Below are positions 1 to 12,282 of a stretch of DNA of 64,000 bases, one piece after another (positions within the stretch are counted from its first letter, which is position 1; each line of letters starts with the position of its first letter). The position numbers were made by a program, and so were the translations under genes. The notes under the pieces were generated by a model. It did no database searches. It had not been told where the DNA came from and was given only the letters and a program-made list of their open reading frames with translations. This stretch comes from Rhynchobatus australiae. Its lineage: Eukaryota. Where the stretch lies: positions 30,956,285-31,020,284 of the forward strand of contig JAUZTB010000017.1 in NCBI GenBank assembly GCA_034780895.1, given 5' to 3'.

Positions 1-1385
1 GTTCACTCCTAGGAACTTGAAGCTCTCAACCCTCTTGACCTCAGCACCATTGATGTAGACAGGTGCATGTGCACTGCTTCCTTTCTTGAAGTCAATGACC
101 AGCTCTTTTGCTGACATTGAGGGAAAGGTTGTTGTCATGACACTGTATCACTAAGCTCTCTAACTCCTTCCTGTACTCCAACTCATCATTATTTGAGGTA
201 TGGCCTTCTGCAGTGGTGTCATCTGCAAACTTGTAGATGGAGTTAGAGCAGAATCTGGCTACACAGTCATGAGTGTATAGGGAGCAGAGTAGAGGGCTGA
301 GGACGCAGCCTTGTGGGGCACCAGTGCTGAGAATAATTGTGCTGGAGGTGTAGCTGTTTATCCTCACTGATTGCGGTTTGTTGGTCAAAGTCAAGGATCC
401 AGTTGCAGAAGGTGGTGTTGAGTCCCAGATATTGGGGTTTGGTGATGAGTTTGCTTGGAATTTGTAGTATTGAAGGTGAAGTGTAGTCAATAAACAATAG
501 TCTCACATTGGTGTCTTTACTGTCCAGATGCTTCAGAGATGAGTGTAGGGCCAGGAAGATGGCATCCACAGTAGACCTGTTTTGGCGGTAGGTGAATTGC
601 AGTGGGTCGAGATTGTCTGGGAGGCTGGAGTTGATGTGTGCTATGACCAGCCTCTCAAAGTACTTCATGATGGTGAATGGTGGAACCACTGGTCGGTAGT
701 CATTAAGGCATGTTACCTTGTTTTTCTTGGGTACTGGGATGATAGTGCTCATCTTAAAAAGGGAGGGAACCTCTGATTGAAGAAGTGAGAGATTAAATAC
801 ATCTGCAAATACCCCTGCCAGCTGAACAGCGCAAGATTTGAGTACATGGACAGGGACACCATCCAGGCCAGATGCTTTCCTCTGGTTCACTCTCAGGAAG
901 ACTGATCTTGTGTCCTCGACGGTGACCACGGGTTCAATTGCATTGGAGGCTGTCAGGGTGGGTGATGACAATTACCCCCTTCTGTTCAAAACATGCATAG
1001 AATGCATTAAGCTCATCAGGAAGGGATGTGCTGTTGTTAACTATGCTGCCCAACTTTGTTTTGTAGCCTGCTATAGCATGTAAGCCCTGCCACAACTGAT
1101 GGCAGGTCTGGGACTGGTATTGTCTCTTGCCATTCCTAANNNNNNNNNNNNNNNNNNNNNNNNNNNNNNNNNNNNNNNNNNNNNNNNNNNNNNNNNNNNN
1201 NNNNNNNNNNNNNNNNNNNNNNNNNNNNNNNNNNNNNNNTTGTCTCTTGCCATTCCTAATAGCTTTCCAGAGGTTGTATCTTGATCTCTTGTAAGGATCA
1301 GGGTCACCTGATTTGAATGCAGCAGACCTCTACTTCATTAGGGAGTGGATCTCCCAGTTTGTCCATGGTTTCCAGTTTGGGAGCA
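1..1385 (-). mobile_element. Rex1/Babar-type non-LTR retrotransposon, frameshifted RT region
   Basis: ORFs 267..971 and 92..490 give KASGLDG, IIPVPKK..CLNDYRPV, LDPLQF, GAPQGCVLSPLL and YKFADDTT across frameshifts; an FPNxKPW-like segment lies near 1360-1385. Confidence 0.9.
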
Positions 1386-1414
1386 AAATTTTTTTCCACC
1401 CCCCCCTTCCATTC

Positions 1415-1620
1415 CAGTGGTTAGAATCTGCCTGAGTGAGATGTGGAAGCAGGTACTCTCAGATATTACAAAAACATTGTGAACAAGCATTTGAATTGCC
1501 AACGTGTAAAAATGCTACAGGCCACATGCTATGAAATGGGATTAGTATAGATGGGTATTTGATGGTCAGCTGGGACATAGTGGGCCAAAGGGCCTGTGCT
1601 GTATGTCTCTGAATCTATGA
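1415..1620 (+). mobile_element. CR1 LINE 3' end
   Basis: gtggaagcaggtactctc...gtgggccaaagggcctgtgctgtat...ctatga tail, shared with other CR1 tails in the window (15140-15490, 19030-19345, 34500-34740). Confidence 0.7.
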
Positions 1621-1719
1621 TTAGTACTCTCTCCAACACCTTACACACTTGTTCCCTCCACACTGTCATCAGGGGACTAAGGGTTGCAATATTTTTAAAA
1701 AAAAACAATGCACTGCAAC

Positions 1720-1932
1720 AATTTGGCAATGCTCTGACAACATCCCACAGTCCCTACCAACAGTTCACAACATCCTGTTCTGGAAAGATAATCTTGTTCC
1801 TTCATTATTGCCAGGGCAATATCTGGAACTTCCTAACTCTCAGTGCTCTGGGAGAACCTTCACCACAAGTGTTGCAGTGCTTTAATAGGGAGACTCTACA
1901 TCAACTCCTCATCATCACTTGGGATGGGCTAT
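1720..1932 (+). mobile_element. Degenerate CR1/L2-group LINE 3' end
   Basis: gttccttcattattgccagggcaatatctggaacttcct...ttgcagtgc...gggatgggc resembles the reverse complement of 21990-22150. Confidence 0.45.
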
Positions 1933-3599
1933 GATTGAGATGAATTTTTTTTTGAAAAGGTTGGAACTATATGGTATGGTTTTAAAATGGAGACTTAATT
2001 ATATCTGCAAACTCTGGTCCAAATATCCTCTCCTTCAAATTATGCTACACCTCATCTACCCTTGGTTTCCTGGGAAACTAGTTTGTATTAAGTGTTAGGG
2101 GCAGGTTGTTTGGGGGGGGGGGGGGAGGGTAGTGATTGCAAGTGTGTAACCCATAGGTAGGACAGCTTTTTAATGGTGTCCTTCCTGAGCTGCAGATTTT
2201 AAAAAAAACTTAAGGTGTTGTTTTACGAATACTTCACTGTACAATTTTAATCTTGTGTCTGCTGGATTGCCATTAAAGTTCAGTCAGCCATTCAGTACAG
2301 ATAAACCCATTTTGAAGGTAGTGACATGGGATGCTGTGTGATGTGAGTTTTGTTTTTGCTGTATGGAGATGTGCTATGAGATCAGGCAAATAGTGGTTAT
2401 TGGCTGCAATCCAGGTACTTGCTTACGGTTAGATTGGTGAATGGAGTGTTGACACAGTGACAGCCTACCAGATGATGAGTTCCAGCATTAGAGATATTGA
2501 TGAATTTGCTGTGACAAGTTATTACAAAACACAGCTGGATGAACCATGTGGATTGCAATTACTGCTGTGTGAACTGCAACCCATTGTTGGAAATCCAAAT
2601 GTGTTGTGAGCTGTTGCTATGGGAAATATTATTTACAGAGTACAGTACACCAGTGTTCCTACTCCAACAGAGTCCCTCCAATATCTTTAGAACAATAGAT
2701 CATATTTTCTATAGCTATATTATTTCATTTTATGGCAATGTCTACTNNNNNNNNNNNNTGTAGCCAACAACGATGAATCACATACAAGAATGACTGATTG
2801 TAATCTGGTCTGATCCATTGGAATCTAAATTGCCAAAGCACACGAAGAAAAACCAAAATGCAAAAAGTCAAATCTTTGAATAGTTAAACCTGATATTTTT
2901 TTAGATCTGCCATGGTAAGGCTTTTTCTATCAATCATACAATTAGTGCTTCTGCCAGGACAGTGATCAAGCTAAAAGATTGTGAAGATCACAGAAAATAA
3001 TTGTGAGGAAGACTGTTAGTCCATCCAGAAAGACCCTAAAAATGTGCACTCCCACTTGCCCATCGAGTTGTTTCTGGCATGATTATAAGGTTTTCAAGTC
3101 CACTATTCTATCCAGCAACACTTTGTTTCCATTTGTCGACAACTGTGTGGGCAGCTTCCTGATTATTGCCCCTTAATTGACTTCCTTCAAGTTTTAAATC
3201 TGCAGATTTTTTTCATACTGCGGCAATTTGATTGAATGTAATTCTCCAAGGATTTCATTTCATTTTCCATAGACTTTAAGTTCTCCTGGATGTCTCCCTT
3301 AGGGGCAAGAAAGCTTTGATTTATCCCGAAGTTTCCTTATAAATCACACTCTTGACACTGGGGATTAAATTCTTCATTCTTCTCTGCACTCCAACATTCC
3401 CTTGATCTAAACCAGACACTGTATTGAAGATGTGCCCTGACCAAAGTCTTGTACATTTTATTTCCTCTGTGTATTTTACTGTTTTGGCAATATAGTTTAG
3501 AGGTATTAAATATGTTATATTAGCAGTATCAGCATGCCAAAATTCAATTCCATAATGGGGATGGATTTCCAAGGCTTAAGTTTTTTCCAAAAGTAAACT

Positions 3600-3712
3600 A
3601 TCATGGATGCTGCAACTCTGAAATAAGAGCAGAAAACGCTGAAAATTGTCTGTAGGTCAGGCAGCATCAATAGAAAGAGAAGCTAGCATCTCTGGGTCAA
3701 TGACATTTCACA
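3600..3712 (-). mobile_element. Penelope-derived short repeat with degenerate hammerhead
   Basis: ctgaaataagagcagaaaacgctg...aggtcaggcagcatc matches the reverse complement of the copies at 35530-35655 and 61841-61964. Confidence 0.6.
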
Positions 3713-3905
3713 AATGCTATTCCATTTATTTTGTTGCATGCTGCTCCATGTTGGCTTCACATTGACTTCTGAGCTTAGTAATTTCTTTGGCCTATTTCAT
3801 CTTCCTCCTTAGTTATTTTGGCCTTTGCTCGCTGCTTTTGGATCCTTTTGCTGTAATGTAGCTACTCCAAATCCTTAAATAATTTCTCACATTTGCCTGG
3901 TACCA

Positions 3906-4034
3906 TAAGATAAGATCTTTATTAGCCGCATGTACATCAAAACACACAGTGAAATGCATCTTTGCATGGAGTGTTCTGGGGACAGCCTGCAAGTTTGCCA
4001 CACTTCTGGCACCAACAAAGCATGCCCACAACTT
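3906..4034 (-). mobile_element. 3' part of HE1/V-SINE (Rex-like tail variant)
   Basis: Reverse complement agttgtgggcatgc...cagaacactc...gatgcatttcactgtgtg...aataaagatcttatctta matches 49849-49937. Confidence 0.8.
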
Positions 4035-5039
4035 GATCAGAATTAATTCTTTATTTCAAATATTGTTCTTATCAACCTGATTTTTAATCAGAATAAAGGA
4101 TGAAGAGAAATTGGTTTTGTTCTCCATTTTTATGCTCATCAGCACAATCCTCTTGGTTTTTGAGGGGCCTGACTACTTCAGCTCTGAAATCAACCAAGCA
4201 CCCTAATAGCGAATATGGTATTCCTTTTGTGCACCAAGGGAAGATTCCTTAAATGTTATATCATTGATAGATCAAGTGTTGCTGATGATTTTTGTTTCAT
4301 TGATTATTGTATTGGGTTGCAATTGTATTGCAAAGCCATATTTGATTTTGGGAGATTCAGAAGCTTCATGTTTTTTTACTATTTCCTGACTTCAAGCCTA
4401 TGCCTCAGAAATGTATTAATTAGGATTTGCAGTCAATGTGGCACTCAACTGATGACTCACTGTCAAAGCAAGTAATTTCAAAGCTCAGTGCTTTGAAAGT
4501 ACTTGTTATGACAGTAATCTGTCTGGGTCTGAACTACCTACCATAAGTTTGAGTTTTGGCATTAAAGCAGAAAATGGAAAGCATCAGATGAAGCTAATCT
4601 ACTTTTAGAAGCAGGATGAGCAAGAAAAGAGTACACAAGGTGTTAATCTGTGTCATGCACTTTGATTAAAGAAATTTTTTTCTTTGTTTTATCGTTCAGA
4701 AATAAGCCTTTTGAGTAAGTTGTGACAATCTTGGTAAAAATCAAGAACCTGATTTTTTTTTGTCTCAACTTGTATTTTCCATTACGGATTATTTAGTTAA
4801 TAGAATCATAAATTTATTTTGGGAAGATGTATTTTGAGGCCAAGCCTTGATCCAGTTCTGACCCAATATACCAGGAGCAGAGTGACTGGCCAAATTACAT
4901 AATGACCGTAGTACTGACCTTAACATTGTCATGTTTGAAACCAGCAAAGTCAGCACACATTGGGGGAAAAGTTTTAATTCCATATGAAAATAAATTCTGG
5001 AGACTCTCTTCTTATTCATGAAAATGCTGTATCTTGCTA

Positions 5040-5515
5040 CATCCCTCCCCTCTTTCTTCTACTCCCCCCCCCCCCCCACTTTTTTATACTAGCTGTCTCT
5101 TTCCTTCTAGTCCCAAACATCGACTGTCCATTTCCCTCCATAAATGCTGCCTGACCCACAGTTTTTCCAGTGTTTTGTGTGTTGCGCTAAATATTCTGGA
5201 AACAATCAGCAGGTCATGCATCATCTATGGATGAAGTGAATTTAGCTGATGTTTTGGATCTTAGAGTTTCAGAACTTAAGTCTCTGTCTGAGTGGGTCAT
5301 AAGTGCTGAAATATCAATTGATGTCTGTTTTTTTCCACAGATGGTGCCTGAACTCCTGTGTAATTGCTGGAGAAACTCATCAAGTTATGCCACATCTGTG
5401 GTGGGAGAAACAGTTAATGTTTCAGATGAACATTATCAGAACTGAAATTTGCATGTTTTGTGTTGCAGGGGAGGGACGGAGAGAACAAGGGAATACCTGT
5501 GATAGGGTGGAGATC
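5040..5515. mobile_element. Cluster of four partial Penelope-derived hammerhead repeats in alternating orientation
   Basis: + copy ~5085-5185 (atgctgcctgacccac), - copy ~5190-5275, + copy ~5300-5360, - copy ~5365-5445 whose reverse complement is CAGTT CTGATAA tgttcatct GAAAC ATT AACTG. Confidence 0.6.
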
Positions 5516-7199
5516 GAATTTGTCTGGGCAACACAGTTCTTTTATAATCCACATTTGCTGATTCTGTTTGATCAGTACAACTCAGTTTCTCACAACCTTG
5601 AGAAGGACTTCAGAAGAATCAGACTAGCCTACTGGCTGTATTGGTACATCTCATTCATACAATGTGTTGCATTGTAGTATATTTACTACAATCAATATTA
5701 AAGCTCATTTGCAGTTTTAGATTGAAAGCTACAATTCAACTAATTAGCAGATGTAAATATGCTTGAATTGAGTGAATTATGCAGTTTGCTGTGCTATATC
5801 TAAATAGTGGAGAGCCACTTGATCACTGGTTCTTGGTTTAAACTAATGGTTTCATATTTCATGGTATTGCACAAAACAAGTTTTACTTTTTGACATAGGT
5901 GTCCCTGTGAAGAATTGTTTTTACTTTGAAGGTTAAGTTGATTTTAGTATCCTGACCCAGTATCCACTGAAATTAAAACACTACACAATTAGTAAACAAA
6001 ATGTTTTTTTGAGGTAGTTAGGGTGGGACCAATTAGTCCAATTTCCTTTCAAAACGGTTCATTGGTGCTACTGGAAATGAAAAATATTTACTTGTGCGGA
6101 CATAATTTGCATATTGAACAATGATATCTAATTTGAAGTATGTTGCTCAACTATTAGATGCAAAGTGATCAGTATGCCAGTGAAATTTAGATAGCATTGA
6201 CCCTTTGATTCCTAAAAGTATGTGGTTCCCATTATTTTTGGTCTAGCATGGATCTGAGGGAAAAATTGGTCAGTTGTATAATGAAAGTAATACCCAATTA
6301 AATTATGACAAACTGAACATATATTGTATTAGTGAACATGATCTCCATTCTTATCTGTGCATCACCTACTGATGTTCATAGGAATTTAGTGTTCCAATCT
6401 GTCTACTGCTTTGTTCTTGAATAATTTTTCTGTGTTATTATTCATACAAACATTCAACTTTTACAATATACAAGTAATCACAATGGAAGTTAAATCTGGG
6501 ATATTTATTTAAAAACATTCCAATTTAAGCTCTGCCTTTCTAAGTCATTTGCAATGTTCTAGGGTTGTTTTGTAAGGCACATTTTACACTACTATTGTAA
6601 CTTTGTGTATTGTACTACTATGGCTATACATTAGTTGTGTTCACATTATAAAGATATATAATGTGATAAGCTTACTAGTATTATTAATTTGTCCCCAAGC
6701 CATGTTCCTTCTGTTCTTTGCAATTTATGCTTCACTTGTGACTTAGAATTCTTTTTCACTTAAATTTGGTCATCATTTAAGTAACGTTGCAAGTTAGTGA
6801 AAGAGAGCCAATGGCAACAAGTTGTATTTATATAGAGCTTTTAATGCAGTGAAATGTCTCTCAGCCCTACCAAATGAATGATTCTGGGGCAGGTTCTAGC
6901 CTTATTAAGGAATCCTGTCCTTTGCATCTCTCTTGAACATCAGTGAAATTTTGCTAATGGATCATGGGAACAGGTATTGAGGACTTTTGGGATTAGAGGA
7001 AGGAGGGCCTGTGGCTATGGTCTATTTGGGACCAGTGGGGGGGAGGAATGGGTATGGACCAATTGGGGTCTGTGATCAGGAGTGGGAAATGTCTGGATAG
7101 ACTGGGAGATGTGCTGAACAGCAACATAGAAATGTCTGGGCTGATCAGAGCCTGTAATCAGAAGTTTCCTACATTTAGTCTATTCTCATAAAAGGAGAG

Positions 7200-9330
7200 A
7201 AACAAATAACAAGAAACTACAAGTAAGTTTGCCTGGTATTTGACAATGGGGAAAATGCTAGAAATCATTATTGAGAGCTAGGACCATGATATTTAAAGTC
7301 ATAATACAATTGAAAAGAATCGGTATGGTTTTATGAAAGAGAAATTATGTTCATTAACTTTATTAGTTCTTTGAGAATGTAATATGCAGAATGGACAAAT
7401 GGGAGCTAATATGTGCGATTTGTTTTGGTTTTCTAAAAGGCATTCATTTAGATGCCATGCAGTGTATTGTGGAGGGTCGTGGCTGTCATGTGACAGCACT
7501 GCCCCTACCTGGTTGGAAGACACCACTGCCAATCAAGGTTTGGCCCCGCCCCACCCATCAGTGCACATCTGACCACTGGCCTTTGTGATCAATTAGTCCT
7601 TGCTGGCACTGGGCCATTGGCCTTTTTAAATTACCTGGGCTGGACCCCCCCCCCCCCCCCAAGCCCTCCAGCACTATAAAGAGTGCCNNNNNNNNNNNNN
7701 NNNNNNNNNNNNNNNNNNNNNNNNNNNNNNNNNNNNNNNNNNNNNNNNNNNNNNNNNNNNNNNNNNNNNNNNNNNNNNNNNNNNNNNGGGTCGTGGCTGT
7801 CACGTGACAGCACTGCCCTTACCTGGTGGGAAGATACATCACTGCCAATCAAGATTTGGCCCTGCCCCACCCAGCAGTTCACACCTGACCACTGGCCTTT
7901 GTGATCGATTAGTCCTTGCTGGCACTGGGCCATTGGCCTTTTTAAATTACCTTGGCTGGACCCCCCAGCCCTCCCGCATTATAAAGAGTGTCACATGTCC
8001 TCACTCTCTCTCTCTTTTGTCTCTGAGGGATTCACCCTGCTTCGCTCCAGGCTGAGCACTGTGAAACGGCACTGGAGAAATCATTGGTGAGGTGTGCACT
8101 GTTAAAAGGGGTGGGAGCATTCTAGTTAGTATCCCTGGTAGCATAGAGCCATGCCTGCACTGAGTCAAGAGGTGGCAGGTATCATATTGTTTTTCCTTGA
8201 TTGTCTGTATCTAGTTCATTTTGTGTGTGTGTGTGTATTTTACCCCTGTTGTGATCTTCCCACACTTGCTATAAACTGTGTGTGTGTTATTCCCGTTACC
8301 CTTTCCCCGTGTTATGTCTTTTGCAAATAAATCATTTATCTCTAACACTGTGTTCATAGTCCTTGTCCGCTGAGATCTCAAACCTGTTTCACAACTTACA
8401 GGTAAAAATTCTCGGGGGATTGGGGTATAATATATTAGCAGGCATAAAAGATTGGCTAAGTTATAGTCAGGGTAAATGTATAATTTTCATCTTGGCATGT
8501 AATAACTATTAGGGTGCCAGAGGGATCAGTACTGAAGCCTCAGCTACTTACCCTCCACTTAGGACGAAGGGATTGAATGTATTATGGTTAAATTTGCTGA
8601 TGGTGCAAAGATGGGTGGGTAAACCAGTTGTTAGGAATATGTAGACTCTGCTAAGGGATATATAGATAGTTTAAGCAAATGGGTGAAAATTTGGCAGATG
8701 GAATATAATATGAGGTCATGGAGTTTGCTATGAAGGAGTCAAAAAGCAGAATGTTATTTGAATAGAGAGAAACTACAGAATTCTGCAGGATGGAAAGATT
8801 TGGGTGTCCTCACCCATGAAACAGAAAATGATTATGCAGATACAGCAAGAAACTAGGACCAATGGAATGTTACCCCTTCAAAGCTGATGGTGTGCTTTTC
8901 AAAAACAAATGGGGAAGCCCCTCTACAGTTGTATAGAGTGTTGGTGAGACACATTTTGAAGTACTAAGAACAGTTTTGGTGTTATTTAAAGAAGGATGTA
9001 TGGTAGGTTGATTCATGGATATTACCTTTTGAGGAAAGGTTATGTGGGTTGGATTTAAACACTAGAGTTTAGAAGGTAGCGGGCCACTCATATTGAATTG
9101 CACAAGGTAGGTCCTGTGAGGATGTTTTTTGTCATTCACGTGGGAACATAGATTCAGAGTACGATTGAGATGAAGAAAAAATTTCTCCTGGCTTGACTTT
9201 ATGGAGTTTTGTATAAAAAAATCTGTGGAGAGAGTCATGTATGAGAAATGCAGATTTTTTTGTGCATTTTGGAATGGGCTAGAAAGTAGGGCAGAGGTCA
9301 AGATTGGATCAGATGGTCTTGTGGACTGTT
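7200..9330 (+). mobile_element. Degenerate CR1 LINE (RT and 3' end) interrupted by an LTR element
   Basis: agggtgccagagggatcagtactg (GVPxGSVL) at ~8511, aaatttgctgatggtgcaaagatgggtggg (KFAD..KMGG) at ~8590, gatttgggtgtcctc (DLGVL); many stops. Confidence 0.75.
7468..8393 (+). mobile_element. LTR element: two related LTR copies separated by an assembly gap
   Basis: Starts TGTGGA and ends TTTCACA; TATAAA box and AATAAA at ~8326; 7474-7687 is repeated with about 15 differences at 7788-7992; no clear TSD. Confidence 0.65.
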
Positions 9331-9739
9331 CGATTTGTATATCATATGAGTCATCTGGGTCAATCAGAGACTGCGCTTGGGTGGGTGGAAGTTATTTTGA
9401 CCAATCAGTTACTGCAACTTTGGCTTGGTAAGACTTTGAAAAAGTTGGAGGTCGTGGTTCTATGAAATGTATTCTGTGGCTGAATTTTTAGACGAGTATA
9501 TTCTAATGTTTTTGGTCTGGTCACCCTTTGGATGTTCTTGTCAACCATTCAAATAGCTCAAAAATAATTTAAAAATATTACTGTAAAGTTGTGTTTGAGT
9601 CAGTAATAAGATATTATGGTCTCTAATACACTTGTTTTTGTTAGTTTTCATTCTGAACAAGAAGGTGCAAAGCAAGTGAAAGTTTGGGAAAAGAGCACTG
9701 AGGATCCTTATCATGATTGTTACTAGGGTGGGGGTGCCT

Positions 9740-10020
9740 CAGTCATGAGGAGACATTGGTGAAGCCAGAACTTGGAACAGAGAAGATAGGAAGGTGTCTT
9801 AATAGAAACATGAAAGGTAATGAGAGGTTTTGAATAGAAAAAATTATTCCCACTGACTAGTAGGTCGGAAGCTTGAGATTCAAAATTATTGGCCAACATT
9901 CTGGAGGAGCATAGAAGAATCTTCATTTGGTCACTCTTTTGGCTCACTTTTTTTGGCCTATTGGAATCCTTTATCTGGAAAGGAGGTGATTCCATAACTT
10001 ATCTTTAGAAGGGAGTTGGA
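9740..10020 (+). mobile_element. Degenerate CR1 3' fragment
   Basis: gaacagagaagataggaaggtgtcttaatagaaacatgaaaggtaatgagaggttttga resembles the CR1 RRLRGDLIE.YKI region. Confidence 0.45.
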
Positions 10021-10639
10021 CATGTAGAATAAAATTCCATTAATTTGGCATGCTCAGGACTTTGGTGTCAAACTGGCAGATTTTCTGGACTTATTGAATA
10101 TTATTCCAATTAATACTCCAATACACATTTTGAATTTAGATTTTTTAAGACATTATGCAGTACATAATAAATATTCCTGCAAACCTGGCCCGAGGATACC
10201 AATAAAGGCCTTTTTTTAAAGGTTTTTAAATATTAATAAAATACATAAAATGGCTAATGTGTATTAGTGTACCTGGTTCTGTATATTTCAAAATATTTTC
10301 AGGTATTTAAAACTATGCTGTAGGTGGAGGATTTGGATTAAAAATGCTTGTTTTGGTTACAAAACTAATTTCCAATCTTTAAATTAAATGACACCAAATT
10401 ACTCTTTTTTTAAAAAAAGAATATTTCTAGAAGCAAAATTAAAAAAAGTACAATCTAAATGCTGCCTGTGCACTGGTTCATGCAAGAATGAGTTTGAGAA
10501 GACACAAAAACAAAAAATTAATTTTGGGAAAACCAGTACAGGTTGCACCTGGACTGCTGATTGTACTCAACAAGCCTCACCTTGTACTGTACTATGCACT
10601 GGCATTCTGTTTTTGAAGATATTTACTTTATAATGTCTG

Positions 10640-10667
10640 TAACTTATCTTTTTTCTTGTTTTTACAG
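10640..10667 (+). other. PLCE1: Splice acceptor (polypyrimidine tract + CAG) of PLCE1 first coding exon
   Basis: taacttatcttttttcttgtttttacag|TGA; strong acceptor 418 nt upstream of the conserved ATG. An alternative acceptor lies at 10987 (cctttctattatttcag|G). Confidence 0.65.
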
Positions 10668-10742
10668 TGATAATTAATCTGAATTTGAAGATTGCAAAAG
10701 GAAAAATCACTAACTACCAAACAACAGAATCATTTTCATTAA

Positions 10743-11038
10743 ATGATTTATAATGTCCATCTTGAAGGAAGCAAAATGAATTTCTAGAGCTGCAAAACAG
10801 TTGATTTCTCACAGTAAATTATCTCTAATATACTGAGCAGAACTCTGTTATCTCATACAATACTTGAGAGTCCAGCTGTTCAGTTTGAATGATCATGGGC
10901 TTTATCAACTGGTAAAGTTTATCTGGCATTTACTTAAGACTCCCACAAAAGGGCTAGACTCGGAGTTCAGCCTTTCTATTATTTCAGGGCTTCAGCAGGG
11001 ACATCTTGAGAACCGCCACTGCAAAGGCCATGCTATGA
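10743..11038 (+). promoter_or_regulatory. Upstream ORFs in the predicted PLCE1 5' UTR
   Basis: ATG 10743 MIYNVHLEGSKMNF*, ATG 10753 MSILKEAK*, ATG 10889 [11 protein letters not shown] 11030 ML*; valid only if the 10667 acceptor is used. Confidence 0.45.
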
Positions 11039-11085
11039 CAGTCAAAGAAAAGAATCGGATGAATACTGAGAGTCGTTCTTTCAAG

Positions 11086-12282
11086 ATGACCTCTGAAGAA
11101 ATAGTTTCTTCTGTGTTTGCAACCATGGGATCAGGAAAGATGATATCGGCCCAGTCAGCTGAAGATGAAAATAGGTTGAGTAATTCGGGCTGCGACGTTA
11201 AAATAAGGCATGTTGTCAATGAGGGAATGCTGGCTGCAGATCCAATGTCAATCCTTCAGAGTCCTCCTGAGGCTCCTGCAGAGTTTCAGGGGGTAGCGCA
11301 CAGCACACTGCCGACGATGAGTGTGGCACAACTGACTGCAAAATATAATGCTGCAAGTGGAATGGAACTTAAGGGTAGTGTAATGGGAACTGCAAGCTCA
11401 AATGTGGGGTGCCACAATGGAAATGGATACTTATCTAGACAGAAAAAATGTGATTCCAGCTTGTTTTTAGAGAAACTCAAGCCATGTCAATTGCAAACAG
11501 GTGAAGGTGTACACTGGAACCCCAAGATTCGCCCCTCATTCTTGGGTGCAGGGATCAAAAGAGAGGAGAATGACTCAACAGAAGAAAAGTCTTCCATAGA
11601 TATGCCATTATTGTGCAGCCAAACAGCAATGGAAGATAGTTGTACAAATGGTGGCTTGAAGATAAAGCACCTTGCCAGCTGTGAGAATAAGCAGAACCAT
11701 GTCTTTTATCCTGGACAGGGTTCACAGGAGACTTCCATTTTCCATGTTGAAGATGACTATCAATCCTCAACCTTTACTTGTGCATCAAATATGTTATTTC
11801 CAAAAGACTACATTGGGGAAGGTGTCCACAACAATAATTACAATTGTCCAAGCTTGAATGCCACACAGGCAGGATTAGGCACAGACCAAAGAAAGCTGAA
11901 GATGAAACCCTTGACTGCTGCAGGCCATTTGATTGATCGATTTCCTCTAAAACCTCCCAATAGCTATTTTGAAGATTCAGATGATGCCTGTGATGAAGGG
12001 ATGGAAGATGAATTTAACAGAAACAAAAAAGAGCGGTCCACTTTACTGTTTAGAAGATACAATAAGAATAACCGAGAAGTGAAGAAATCTGTTTATACAG
12101 GATCCAAAGCACGGACAAGGAGGTTACCATCGGGACACATAGGTGCAAAGGCCAGGAAGGCTGTCAGCCAAAAGAGAAACATTAGTCATGATGTCAAAGT
12201 TGCTAAGGTTCCCAGTGAGAAACTCATAATATGCCAAGCTATGTTGATGATGGATAACTGGACCAGACCCAACAGGTATAAG
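11086..12282 (+). CDS. PLCE1: Phospholipase C epsilon 1, first coding exon (399 codons, N-terminal region before the RasGEF domain)
   Basis: [28 protein letters not shown] matches the recalled human N-terminus [28 protein letters not shown]; [40 protein letters not shown] matches human [40 protein letters not shown]; ends at a phase-0 donor AAG|GTAAGA (12282/12283). Confidence 0.93.

Noticed and set aside
1120-1259. Direct repeats flanking N gaps (also 32625-32806, 34340-34518, 43273-43415)
   Set aside because: Identical or near-identical sequence on both sides of 100-N gaps is typical of unmerged contig overlaps, not biological repeats or CRISPR-like arrays
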